Positions 1 through 8,282 of a DNA stretch of 12,280 bases are shown here, piece by piece. Source of the stretch: Candidatus Fraserbacteria bacterium (GTDB lineage Bacteria > Bipolaricaulota > Bipolaricaulia > RBG-16-55-9); NCBI GenBank assembly GCA_037443265.1, contig JBBIOR010000015.1, forward strand, positions 1 through 12,280, read 5' to 3'. A program made the position numbers and the translations under genes. Under the pieces are notes generated by a model. The model was not told the origin of the DNA and did not search any database. It worked only from the letters and a program-made list of their open reading frames with translations. Every line of letters starts with the position of its first letter. The stretch's first letter is position 1.

Positions 1-2
1 TG

Positions 3-254
3 AAAGAACTCACCGGATCGAAAGAGTCACGCATCCTGCGGCCAGATGGCAATCCGGGCAAGCTAACGATAACCATGCGAAAGCGATTGCTGAATGAACT
101 CTTATCTTTGCAGAAGAAGCTACGAATGCATATAGTGTCACCAGAGGAGGTCAAGGCAATCAAGCGATTCTGGAGAGATGATTTAGTGCACAAGGAGGAG
201 AAAGGGAATGCCACCTATAGGCCGAGTACTGCTCACGCAAAAAGAACCTGCTGA
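3..254 (+). CDS. 5'-truncated CDS: probable C-terminus of a DndC/TdpC-like DNA phosphorothioation sulfurtransferase (PAPS-reductase family)
   Basis: Frame 3 is open from the window edge to TGA at 252-254: KELTGSKESRILRPDGNPGKLTITMRKRLLNELLSLQKKLRMHIVSPEEVKAIKRFWRDDLVHKEEKGNATYRPSTAHAKRTC*. The pattern PG.hT...RK.LL.ELL.LQ......hhS.EEh..I...W matches my recollection of the DndC C-terminal helices. The catalytic domain would lie upstream of the window. It overlaps the herA start by 47 nt. Confidence 0.65.
   Translation, partial: KELTGSKESRILRPDGNPGKLTITMRKRLLNELLSLQKKLRMHIVSPEEVKAIKRFWRDDLVHKEEKGNATYRPSTAHAKRTC
183..192 (+). repeat. 10-bp direct repeat TTAGTGCACA, copy 1 (just upstream of the herA RBS)
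   Basis: Exact match to 3152-3161. Confidence 0.7.
192..198 (+). promoter_or_regulatory. Shine-Dalgarno AAGGAGG for herA
   Basis: Consensus SD 9 nt upstream of the ATG at 208. Confidence 0.8.
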
Positions 255-1881
255 GCCTTATGAATTCTGGTGCTGGCTAGAGAACGATCCATCACTCCAG
301 GTAGAGCTTGGTTCCATCCTGATCGCTGAAGGGAATAACAGTGAAAGAGCCCTTGCAATAGTTGAAGACATGCGAAGCACAAGCGCAGCTTCGGATCATC
401 TGCTCGAATTCTACGGCAGCGGATACGGTAATCCCAATGTAGATCCTCCCACGCGACCAGCACTTATCCGCTTGGCAAAGCTCCGCGTGCTGTATCGTGA
501 ACCCTCTGCTGCCTCTCCACCGACCGGACGCTGGCAGGTAAGGTTTGCGGAAGCTTCAGATGTGAACTTGCTTGCACAACGGATACCGATCAACAAGCGA
601 GTTTTAGTAGGTTTCCTAAGAGTTGGTAGTGATGAAAGCCAACCCAATAGCTGGCTGCCTGTGTTTGCTCATGCTGATTTCTTACTTGGGCCAGAAGGCG
701 CCCATGTGAACATTACTGGCGCTACTGGACTGGCGACAAAGAGTAGCTACGCTCTGTTTCTGAGCTATGCGATTTTGGCTTGGGCGAGTAGCGTAGGGGA
801 ACAAGTAGCGATCGTTCTCTTCAATGTTAAGCGCCGTGATTTCTTGAACCTGCATCAACTGCCCCAAGACTGGGACCAAGCAGCTCAGTGGTGTCAGCAA
901 TGGGCGCAAAGTATCGGTGACTCCATGTTGTCAAGCCGCGTTCAAGCCATGTGGACTCAAGCTGTGACACAAGGTGTAGATCCGATCACGCTACAGTTGC
1001 CAGTGCGTTACTTCACCTACCAAGGTGATCCTGATATACAGTATATGCAGAATCCCACAATTTATAATTATGGATTCGATGATTTGGAAAGGGGGGATTT
1101 TGAAGCGGCGCTATTTACAGCTACCTATCAGCCTACTGATCCGCAAGTGATCCTCCTCACCGCGTATTTAGATGCTAAACTCAGGCAAGGTACGTCGTTT
1201 CAAACTATGCTGCAAGATCTTGATCGGAATAATCTCATACGTGGGCAAGGTACAAACGAAGTTCAGGTACGAGGAGTTGATGGTTCTTGGATGAGCGGCG
1301 TACCATCTGCATTGCGGCGTCGGGTAGACGCTTTTCTTAGTCGTGCAGCCTCGGTTGTTGTTCGCAACCAGCCTTCTGGTCAACCATTTAGATTCGCAAG
1401 CTTGGTACCGAATGGTCTCCATGTTATTCAACTATATAGACTGGCAGAGGCAGAGAAGCGCCTGGTAGTGAATGCTGTGATCAGAGAGCTTTCTCGAGGG
1501 CTTGAACAACCCAATAGGCAGATCAACCGAGTCTTGGTCATCGCTGATGAGCTGAACAAGTACGCTCCAAGTGGGGCGATGTCGCCGATGAAAGAGCAAA
1601 TCATTGATATTGTAGCTCGCGGTAGAGATCTTCAATTGACATTGGTAGGAGCTCAGCAATTTGCTTCACAAGTTGATGATCAAGTATATGGCAACTCCGA
1701 AACGAAAATCGTGGGATACTCTGACGAATCCGAACTAACGAATCCAATTTACAAGTATTTGGGAGATCTTCGTGATCAAGTTCCCAACTTGAAGAAGGGA
1801 CAGCTTATCCTAAGGCACCCTGTCTATCCATCGCCACTGATTTTCTGGTTTCCAACACCGTTGCATGAGATGAGACCATAG
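208..1881 (+). CDS. herA: HerA/FtsK-family ATPase/DNA translocase (bacterial HerA type, TdpA-like)
   Basis: 557 aa. N-terminal beta-rich HAS-barrel-like region; atypical Walker A HVNITGATGLATKSSY as in bacterial HerA; Walker B VLVIADELNKYAP; arginine-finger/Gln motif ARGRDLQLTLVGAQQ; C-terminal LKKGQLILRHP. Adjacent to a NurA-like gene. Confidence 0.9.
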   Translation: MPPIGRVLLTQKEPAEPYEFWCWLENDPSLQVELGSILIAEGNNSERALAIVEDMRSTSAASDHLLEFYGSGYGNPNVDPPTRPALIRLAKLRVLYREPSAASPPTGRWQVRFAEASDVNLLAQRIPINKRVLVGFLRVGSDESQPNSWLPVFAHADFLLGPEGAHVNITGATGLATKSSYALFLSYAILAWASSVGEQVAIVLFNVKRRDFLNLHQLPQDWDQAAQWCQQWAQSIGDSMLSSRVQAMWTQAVTQGVDPITLQLPVRYFTYQGDPDIQYMQNPTIYNYGFDDLERGDFEAALFTATYQPTDPQVILLTAYLDAKLRQGTSFQTMLQDLDRNNLIRGQGTNEVQVRGVDGSWMSGVPSALRRRVDAFLSRAASVVVRNQPSGQPFRFASLVPNGLHVIQLYRLAEAEKRLVVNAVIRELSRGLEQPNRQINRVLVIADELNKYAPSGAMSPMKEQIIDIVARGRDLQLTLVGAQQFASQVDDQVYGNSETKIVGYSDESELTNPIYKYLGDLRDQVPNLKKGQLILRHPVYPSPLIFWFPTPLHEMRP

Positions 1882-1892
1882 GGGACAAAGCT

Positions 1893-3155
1893 ATGCCGTC
1901 AAATCTATTGGCTTCCATTGGCAATTATCTACAAAGCGCTGGGGCAATCCCACTACTGCCTAGTGATCTTCCCGAAGAAGGAGCCCCGGACCTGCCAATA
2001 GCTACTTCCTCCTCTCCTGCTCGTGAAATCACTCGCTTGGAATTGCCGCCCTTTCCCAATGACCCTGCTCTCTTTCGGTTCTTTGTAGATGGAGTCCAGC
2101 GTACAGTCGCAACTGCCGAGGTTACGGTGAATAACGTGCGCGTGCTTCTCCACCTTGCTCATCTCATCGCCGGGGCTATGGAACGAGTTGATAATGAGCT
2201 AAGACCGCACACTTTTCGTGAAGCCTTGGTGCTCATCTTTCCGTACCAAGCCTTGCAGGCGATAGACCCTGCGTGGTCGGCTCGAACGCCACCTGGGAGA
2301 GAACTAAGTTCAGCAGGTCAGATTTACAGTATTATTCAGGGTGGAGATCCCCTGTATTCGGATAGTTCCGTATCACTTGAGCTTAGTCGAGATGGACGTT
2401 CTAGGCGCTTACTCGAACCTGGACATTTGATAAGAACCGGAGACGTGAGGCAAAAAGCCCTGAATCGCTCAAAAGAACTACTTCGGATTATGGAAGTTGG
2501 AGTCGTGTGGGAGCTGAGGCAGCAAAATCCTGATGACTGGATATTACTCGATGGCCCCGTGGCTCCGCCATTAAAATATGGACGCCTTGTGGATGTTGCT
2601 TTGCAAGGGTTGCAGGATATTGCCAGACCTGATGTAGCGTTCGATTTCCTGCACCGCGTAGTTGGAGCCGTGAAAAGGGTTCAAATAATCCCTGAAGCTG
2701 GTCTTGAAGCAGCCCTCCACCCAGGACCAAATCTAACAATCCCTGTTTACCGTTTTGGTGACGTAATTGTTAAAGAGGACGACGCGGTAGCAAAAGAAAT
2801 CCTTTCCGCCTTCCTTTGGCTAAGACGAGAGCTCGCTGGAGAAATTTCGGCTATTTGGTCATCAGTGAGTGGACTAGCACGAATAGATGTGCCTCTGCCA
2901 GCTGTGTTGGACAATAATAGATTACGAAACGATTGGAATACCTTGGATGAAGAAGCGCTTCTAAACCTTTTAGGCAACCCTAGTAGTTTTGAGCATCAGA
3001 GACTCAAACAAATAATGCAAGCTGTAATTATTGAACGTTGGCCTGTGCCATCTTCTAACCCGACTCGAATGCTCACAGAGCTATTCCCCGTTGGGGAGAC
3101 AGAACTTTGGCTGACCTCGCAATTAAGAAGCGTATATGAAATGCGTCAACCTTAG
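1893..3155 (+). CDS. nurA: NurA-family (RNase H-fold) nuclease, TdpB-like
   Basis: 420 aa, 11 nt after the herA stop. NurA-type acidic motifs FFVDGVQRT and ILLDGP, followed by VVGAVK, GLARID and C-terminal ELFPVGETELWL. Confidence 0.82.
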   Translation: MPSNLLASIGNYLQSAGAIPLLPSDLPEEGAPDLPIATSSSPAREITRLELPPFPNDPALFRFFVDGVQRTVATAEVTVNNVRVLLHLAHLIAGAMERVDNELRPHTFREALVLIFPYQALQAIDPAWSARTPPGRELSSAGQIYSIIQGGDPLYSDSSVSLELSRDGRSRRLLEPGHLIRTGDVRQKALNRSKELLRIMEVGVVWELRQQNPDDWILLDGPVAPPLKYGRLVDVALQGLQDIARPDVAFDFLHRVVGAVKRVQIIPEAGLEAALHPGPNLTIPVYRFGDVIVKEDDAVAKEILSAFLWLRRELAGEISAIWSSVSGLARIDVPLPAVLDNNRLRNDWNTLDEEALLNLLGNPSSFEHQRLKQIMQAVIIERWPVPSSNPTRMLTELFPVGETELWLTSQLRSVYEMRQP

Positions 3156-3161
3156 TGCACA
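3152..3161 (+). repeat. 10-bp direct repeat TTAGTGCACA, copy 2 (contains the nurA stop codon)
   Basis: Exact match to 183-192. Confidence 0.7.
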
Positions 3162-3179
3162 GCATGGGGTGAGAAACGT

Positions 3180-3319
3180 ATGCCCAAAGTGAAAGACCTC
3201 ACCTTAGACCAACGCAAAGAGCTGATCGAGCAGACAGTGAACGGAAGCTCTTGGAGTCCCTAGGCGATTCACGTGAAGGCCTGGAGCTGGAGAGGAGGTT
3301 AGCGTTTCAGCCCCGCTAA
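3180..3319 (+). pseudogene. Frameshifted remnant of a small antitoxin-like protein
   Basis: SD-like GGGGTGA precedes the ATG at 3180. MPKVKDLTLDQRKELIEQTV runs on to a stop at 3263, but the -1 frame from 3239 continues ERKLLESLGDSREGLELERR. The joined sequence resembles small putative antitoxins of the form 'VKDLT.EEL..LI..TV..KL.ELLGDPDEGLEL' (recalled, not searched). Confidence 0.5.
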
Positions 3320-3433
3320 GGCAAAAGCCCCTTCGAGTCTCAAGCTGCTGAGAGAAGACCGCAAGCGGTGAGCAACCTCTACGTCATCGATGCCAGCGTG
3401 ACTATCAAGCTCTACACAGATACGCCCTCATGA
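3303..3433 (+). pseudogene. vapBC toxin-antitoxin remnant (antitoxin C-terminal tail plus the first ~21 codons of a PIN-domain toxin)
   Basis: ...PSSLKLLREDRKR* (TGA 3369-3371) overlaps via GTGA with GTG at 3368, which reads VSNLYVIDASVTIKLYTDTPS*. 'LLREDR.R*' is a typical VapB tail and 'YVIDASV.IK' a typical VapC first strand with the catalytic Asp. Confidence 0.6.
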
Positions 3434-3882
3434 GCAGAAGAACTCACCCTGCGAAGCAGAGGCACCAGAACACCCATCAATAGCCCAACTCCTAAAGCGA
3501 GCCCCCCAGCCCACAAAAGCCGCTCATCCCACACAAACGTCGCCCCCACAGCCCGCAAGCCCCGCGTGAGCCAGTACACCCCGACTCCCAAGAGAAGCCG
3601 GCGCAGGATGAGGAACACAAGCGCACTCTTGTACTGCAAAGGCACGCGCGGCAGGCCCAGCATCCACCCCAAGGCCGTCGCAATCCCATGACGCAAGCGA
3701 GCCCCCTCCGTCCCCAGATCCCCCGCCCAAGCCAACGCCGCTAGGCTGATCGTGACTACACCCATCACGACATACCACCAGAAGAGAAAACGAAACCCAT
3801 CGACCAGAGCCTCCTCCAGGAGGACCGTCCCCACAAACAGCTTAAGAGCGAAAATCGTCAGGGCAAGCAGGAGGCCAAACAC
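3412..3882 (-). CDS. Hypothetical integral membrane protein (about 4-5 hydrophobic segments)
   Basis: 156 aa, strongly hydrophobic, with a promoter-like element directly upstream. No family recognised. Confidence 0.7.
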   Translation of the reverse strand: MFGLLLALTIFALKLFVGTVLLEEALVDGFRFLFWWYVVMGVVTISLAALAWAGDLGTEGARLRHGIATALGWMLGLPRVPLQYKSALVFLILRRLLLGVGVYWLTRGLRAVGATFVWDERLLWAGGLALGVGLLMGVLVPLLRRVSSSAHEGVSV

Positions 3883-3887
3883 GCGCC

Positions 3888-3916
3888 ATTATAGCCAGAC
3901 CAGAAGAGCCGCCCAA
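3888..3916 (-). promoter_or_regulatory. Sigma70-type promoter TTGGGC-N17-TATAAT, probably giving a leaderless mRNA
   Basis: Minus-strand TATAAT (3893-3888) lies 5 nt before the GTG start at 3882; TTGGGC (3916-3911) is at 17-nt spacing; there is no room for an SD. Confidence 0.6.
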
Positions 3917-3943
3917 GTGCAGCACGCCCTCAGGGGGGAGGCT

Positions 3944-4804
3944 CTAGGCGTGCTCGACGCGCACCCGCTGCGCGCCTGCGTAAATATTGAAGCTCGTACC
4001 CCGCACGAAGCCCAGAAGCGTCATGCCAAACTGCTGTGCCAGCTCGATGGCGAGACTCGAAGGCGCTCCCACAGCCGCCACGATGGGAATGCCCGCCACA
4101 AGCGCCTTCTGCAGGACCTCAAAGCTCGCTCGGCCGCTTACCATGAGCAAAAAATCTGAAAGCGGAAGCTTCTTCGCCAAAAGCTGCCCGCCGATGAGCT
4201 TATCGACAGCGTTATGCCGCCCTACATCTTCTCGTAGGGCCAACAGCTTGCCGGAGCCATCGAAGAGCCCCGCGGCATGCAGGCCGCCCGTGGCCTCGAA
4301 GACCTCTTGCGCTTCCCGAAGCCTTAGGGGAAGCTGAGGGATCAGCCCCGCCTGGATCACGGGCCCATCTTTGGGGAGCACCGGACAGCCTCGGATCTGA
4401 AGAGCTTCTAGGGAAGCCTTCCCACAGACCCCACAACTGGACGTCATGTAGAAATGCCGCAGCACCCTCTCAGGATTGAACGCCAGGCCGGGGCGGAGTC
4501 TTGCGGTGACGACGTTGTACTCTTGCTGCTCTTTTTGAGGCCCGACGCAGTAGCTGATTCCATCAATATCTTCATGGCTCTGAATGATCCCTTCGCTGAA
4601 CAAAAACCCCGCGGCCAGTTCAAAATCATCGCCGGGCGTGCGCATCGTGATCGCCACGCTCTTCTCGATAATTTGGCCCGCCGCTTCATAGGCCAGACGG
4701 ATCTCTAAGGGCTCCTCGAGGGCCACTACATCCCGGCAGCCGGTGACTTGGGAACCGTAGATCTTCTGCACACAGACGCGCGCGGTGCGCCGTCGGGGGA
4801 TCAT
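3944..4804 (-). CDS. fdhD: Formate dehydrogenase accessory sulfurtransferase FdhD
   Basis: Motifs [53 protein letters not shown] and SGRASFE. ATGA overlap with the upstream oxidoreductase stop. Confidence 0.96.
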   Translation of the reverse strand: MIPRRRTARVCVQKIYGSQVTGCRDVVALEEPLEIRLAYEAAGQIIEKSVAITMRTPGDDFELAAGFLFSEGIIQSHEDIDGISYCVGPQKEQQEYNVVTARLRPGLAFNPERVLRHFYMTSSCGVCGKASLEALQIRGCPVLPKDGPVIQAGLIPQLPLRLREAQEVFEATGGLHAAGLFDGSGKLLALREDVGRHNAVDKLIGGQLLAKKLPLSDFLLMVSGRASFEVLQKALVAGIPIVAAVGAPSSLAIELAQQFGMTLLGFVRGTSFNIYAGAQRVRVEHA

Positions 4805-7068
4805 CTTTGGACCCTCTGGGCTGAGTGAGGCTCTGCGCTAGGAGCCTTAAGGGGAATGATCTTTACCAGCGCGTTGTAATCGGGAATGCCACAGACGGGA
4901 TCGCAGATGCCGCGCTTAATCAGCACATTGCCCTCCGGCCAGTGGACTTGGACGTTGCGCGGCTTAATCGGCATGAGTTTCACTCGCCCGCAGAGCTCGC
5001 CCACGTCAGATTTTAAGAGCACCAGATCGCCCTCGCGCAAGCCCAGAGCTTGAGCATCTTGAGCATTCAGGAAGACCTCCTCGCGCTTGGCGCCCGTGAG
5101 CGGATCGTAGCCTTCATGCACGATGCTGTTGAATTGCTTGCCGCGCCGCGTGCTCATTAAGAAAAATCCCTCGGGAATCTCATGCTCCGGCGGCAGAAGC
5201 GCTGTGAAATGCGCCTTGCCATCCGGAGTGCCGAACTGCCCCTTCTCGCACAATCTGGGGCCGCCCCATTGCACCGCATCGCCCTTCCTCCTAAGATGCT
5301 GAATTCCATCATAGAAGGGCACGGCCTGCGCGATCTCCTCGCGTATCTGCTGGGCACTCTCAAAATGAATGAGATGCCGGCGCTCGGGATAGACCCGTTC
5401 GGCCAGCTCCATAAAAATCTCCCATTCGGATTTGCTTTCGCCGATGCGTCTGCCGGAGATCTCGGGACTGAAAATGATGTATCTCTCCGTGGTCGTCTCC
5501 GTGCCTCCTCCGTCTTGTTCATAGCGCGTGCGGGCGGGCAGGAGCACCACCACATCCGCAGGGTCAACGAGCATCGGCGGCGTGAGCACGATGTCTTGAT
5601 GGACCCTCAAGGGGACTCTTTCTAAAGCCTGGCGCACAAAGCCAGGCTCCGGCAGAGTCTCCAGGAAATTCCCGCCAGCGACGTAGAGCACGTCCAGGAG
5701 ACCCTCATGTGCGGCCTCGATCATCTGCACGGCTGAGAGACCCTTCTCAGGGGGAACGGGGAAGCCCCACAGCTTCGAGAACTTTTCGGCCGTCTTCTCG
5801 TTAATGGGTTCTCCGCCGGGAAAGTTCCAGGGAACACAGCCTACTTCCGCGCCGCCCTGCACGCCACTGTGCCCGCGAATGGGCATCAGGCCGCATCTCT
5901 TGCGGCCGATCATCCCGCGAGCCAGCGCTAAATTGATAATCGCCTGGACGTTCTCCACGCCGAAGGCGTGCTGCGTTACTCCCATGCTCCAGACGAAGAC
6001 GGCCGTTTCCGCTTGGGCGTACATCTGGGCGAAGCGCTCCATCTCTGCTCGTGAGGCACCCGAGTATCTTTCGAGCAGTTCCCAAGGTTGTCGCTCCAGC
6101 GCCCCCTTCAACTCCTCGAAACCAGAGGTGTGCTTTCGAATGAATTCTTCATCAATGGCGTCGAGCTCAATGAGACGCTTGAGAACCCCGTTGAGGAAGG
6201 CAATATCTCCGCCCGTATGGACGAGAAAGAACTCATCGGCAAGCTTTGTCCCAAAGAGGGCGCTCTCAAATACAGAGGGGACCCAGTAGCGCTCCAGCCC
6301 CGGCTCGCGATAGGGATTGATGACCGCAATCTTCGTGCCCTGTTGCTTGGCGTAGTATAAATATTTGGTGGTCACGGGCTGGTTGTTGGGCACGTTGCTT
6401 CCAATAAATATTAATAAATCTGATCCGATCCAGTCTTTGTAGGAGCACGTGGAGGCAGCCACGCCGAGAGTCTGCTTCATCGCCGTGGTACTCGGAGCAT
6501 GGCAGACACGCGCGGAATTGTCCACATTGTTCGTTCCCAAAAAGCGCGCGACTTTCTGGGCCACATAATAGACCTCGTTCGTGATACCCCGCGATGTGAG
6601 ATAAAAAGCCAAGCGCTTGGGATCTGTGCGCCGAATGCGCGAGGCCATGAGATTAAGAGCCTCATCCCAGCCAATGCGGCGAAAGCCCGGATCTCCCCGC
6701 TTTCTCATCAGGGGATAGGGCAGTCGTCCCAGCTTGCGCAGTTCCATGGAGCTTTCTGCTTTCAAAGGCCTTACGTCTTCCAAGATGCGCATATCGAGAG
6801 CAGGCATGGTGTTCAGCCTGAGGAGATTGAGACGGACAGTGCACAGATGTATTCCCTTCATGGTGAAATCGCGCAGTCCTGTGGTGCCCAGCGCGCAGCC
6901 GTCGCAGACGCCATCGCGCAAGATGCGCCAAGCCAACAGAAGCTGATCGCGATTCTGCCAGATTGTTTTTAAGATCTCAAAATAGTGATTGGGCTTGATC
7001 TGGCCCAAGCCATTGGGCATGAGCCCCACCCAGAGGGCGGGATTGAACCATCGCGGCACGCAGCCCAC
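4801..7068 (-). CDS. FdhF/YdeP-family molybdopterin oxidoreductase (formate dehydrogenase alpha-like, Cys-ligated)
   Basis: 755 aa. N-terminal CDGCALG...LC, Mo-ligand region [26 protein letters not shown] and a C-terminal molybdopterin-dinucleotide-binding domain. Coupled to fdhD. The true start is probably the GTG at 7059, 8 nt after AAGGAG. Confidence 0.92.
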   Translation of the reverse strand: MGCVPRWFNPALWVGLMPNGLGQIKPNHYFEILKTIWQNRDQLLLAWRILRDGVCDGCALGTTGLRDFTMKGIHLCTVRLNLLRLNTMPALDMRILEDVRPLKAESSMELRKLGRLPYPLMRKRGDPGFRRIGWDEALNLMASRIRRTDPKRLAFYLTSRGITNEVYYVAQKVARFLGTNNVDNSARVCHAPSTTAMKQTLGVAASTCSYKDWIGSDLLIFIGSNVPNNQPVTTKYLYYAKQQGTKIAVINPYREPGLERYWVPSVFESALFGTKLADEFFLVHTGGDIAFLNGVLKRLIELDAIDEEFIRKHTSGFEELKGALERQPWELLERYSGASRAEMERFAQMYAQAETAVFVWSMGVTQHAFGVENVQAIINLALARGMIGRKRCGLMPIRGHSGVQGGAEVGCVPWNFPGGEPINEKTAEKFSKLWGFPVPPEKGLSAVQMIEAAHEGLLDVLYVAGGNFLETLPEPGFVRQALERVPLRVHQDIVLTPPMLVDPADVVVLLPARTRYEQDGGGTETTTERYIIFSPEISGRRIGESKSEWEIFMELAERVYPERRHLIHFESAQQIREEIAQAVPFYDGIQHLRRKGDAVQWGGPRLCEKGQFGTPDGKAHFTALLPPEHEIPEGFFLMSTRRGKQFNSIVHEGYDPLTGAKREEVFLNAQDAQALGLREGDLVLLKSDVGELCGRVKLMPIKPRNVQVHWPEGNVLIKRGICDPVCGIPDYNALVKIIPLKAPSAEPHSAQRVQR

Positions 7069-7103
7069 TCCTTCTTGAATCTGCTTCTTACTTGCAAAAG
7101 AGG

Positions 7104-7109
7104 AGTATA
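7104..7109 (-). promoter_or_regulatory. Candidate -10 box TATACT for the oxidoreductase-fdhD operon
   Basis: TATACT on the minus strand in the intergenic gap, with a weak -35-like CTGGCA 18 nt upstream. Confidence 0.35.
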
Positions 7110-7147
7110 CACTCAGCCGCGCGACCGTGCCAGATATTAAGCTTTCT

Positions 7148-7681
7148 CTAGCGCAGGCTCTTTGCCCAGGTGATGAGTTCTTCCAACTTGTTGCGGGCCA
7201 GCTCCGGAAGCTCCGCCTGCGGAGGGGCCAATCCCGGGCCCTCTAGAGGCCTGCCCACCACGATGGCTCCCACCATCCCCACGCTCTCATGGGGCCGACA
7301 GAAATAATTATAAACCCCCTCTGTTTTGAACTGCCAAGAGAAGGTCGCGCCCTTCTGCACTAAAAGATCTGAATCGAAGGGCTCGGTCCCCTCCGGGATG
7401 CGCGCACGATATAAGCTGTGATTCTTCGGATGATACGCACTGGCCGTATGCCCACCGGATTGCAGGACCCACGTGACTGTTTCTCCGGGCTTGATCCGCA
7501 AGCGATCCGGAATGAAAGCGAGCTCGCCCTTCGGACCGCCCATGGCGATGATTAACGCCTCTTTCGCCGAGCGACCCTCATGGCGACAACCCAAGAGGGA
7601 CCCGGCCAGAGCTGCCACTCCCACAAGCCCTAAACTCTTTAGGAAGAGACGCCGGCTCGTCTGTGAAGACAAAGAATGCAT
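7148..7681 (-). CDS. Type-1 (blue) copper cupredoxin of the plastocyanin/azurin/halocyanin family; Tat-exported lipoprotein
   Basis: Tat motif SRRLFLK, hydrophobic segment and lipobox LLGC. Cu ligands: H in SGGHT and C/H/M in [21 protein letters not shown] upstream. Confidence 0.9.
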   Translation of the reverse strand: MHSLSSQTSRRLFLKSLGLVGVAALAGSLLGCRHEGRSAKEALIIAMGGPKGELAFIPDRLRIKPGETVTWVLQSGGHTASAYHPKNHSLYRARIPEGTEPFDSDLLVQKGATFSWQFKTEGVYNYFCRPHESVGMVGAIVVGRPLEGPGLAPPQAELPELARNKLEELITWAKSLR

Positions 7682-7691
7682 CGAACACTCC

Positions 7692-8231
7692 TCAGCACTG
7701 AGGGGCTGGGGTGGGCATGAAGTTCATGTCGATGCCTGGCTTGACCGGACCCCAGGGAACTCCCGTGCCCGCCATCATATCTCCCTTGGGGATGTTCACC
7801 ACAGCAATGTGACGGTACCAGTAGCCTTCCTCGCCGCCTTTGCCCCCGTGGCCGGCGTTCGGATCGCTGCCGGGGATGAACTTCTGGTGGAAGTGTACAA
7901 AGCCCGGCCCATAGGCCTTCGCTACTCTCTCTTGATCGGCCTTGCAGAACTTGCCCGGCACGAGTGTGCCAATCCAGAGGATTTGCGAGTCTCTTCCTAC
8001 AGGCTTGTCGAAGTGGAGGAAGAGTCCCGTGCCGTCCTCCAGCAGCACATACAAGTGATCCGGCAGATGGGGTTGAGTGGGCTTATCCTCAAAGAATGAT
8101 CGTAACTGCTGCATCTCTTGGGCATACACCTGCTCACGCCCCGCCACACCGGCGCGCTGGGTGGAGGAGATGAGCAGCCAGCCGCCCAGCACCGCCAGCG
8201 CCACTAAAGCAATAATCAACGCTTGTTTCAT
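7692..8231 (-). CDS. Hypothetical exported or membrane-anchored His/Cys/Met-rich protein
   Basis: ORF track gives 7692..8267; the likely start is the ATG at 8231 (MKQALIIAL...) after SD GAGGTGA and downstream of TATAAT. N-terminal signal/anchor; motifs PHLPDH, LHFDKP, GKFC, GFVHFHQ, AGHGG, YWYRH and a terminal Cys. Confidence 0.8.
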   Translation of the reverse strand: MKQALIIALVALAVLGGWLLISSTQRAGVAGREQVYAQEMQQLRSFFEDKPTQPHLPDHLYVLLEDGTGLFLHFDKPVGRDSQILWIGTLVPGKFCKADQERVAKAYGPGFVHFHQKFIPGSDPNAGHGGKGGEEGYWYRHIAVVNIPKGDMMAGTGVPWGPVKPGIDMNFMPTPAPQC

Positions 8232-8256
8232 AATATGTCCATCACCTCGGAGCGAC

Positions 8257-8262
8257 ATTATA
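8257..8262 (-). promoter_or_regulatory. -10 box TATAAT for the leftward operon (His-rich protein, cupredoxin)
   Basis: Perfect TATAAT on the minus strand, 22 nt from the GTA-N8-TAC site. Confidence 0.65.
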
Positions 8263-8282
8263 GTCAAGCCGGGGCTCGAAGT

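Noticed and set aside
3944..4804. FdhD as sulfur donor for the neighbouring putative phosphorothioation system
   Set aside because: It is translationally coupled to its cognate molybdoenzyme, lies on the opposite strand and is in the GC-rich backbone; the proximity is probably incidental.
7116..7133. Sigma54 -24 element TGGCAC on the minus strand
   Set aside because: There is no TTGC -12 element at the required spacing.
7686..7697. Possible selenocysteine read-through (TGC-TGA-GGA, 'CUG') at the end of the His-rich ORF; a similar TGC-TGA occurs at 249-254
   Set aside because: The GGAG is the next gene's SD, no SECIS-like hairpin is evident, and read-through would run out of frame over real genes.
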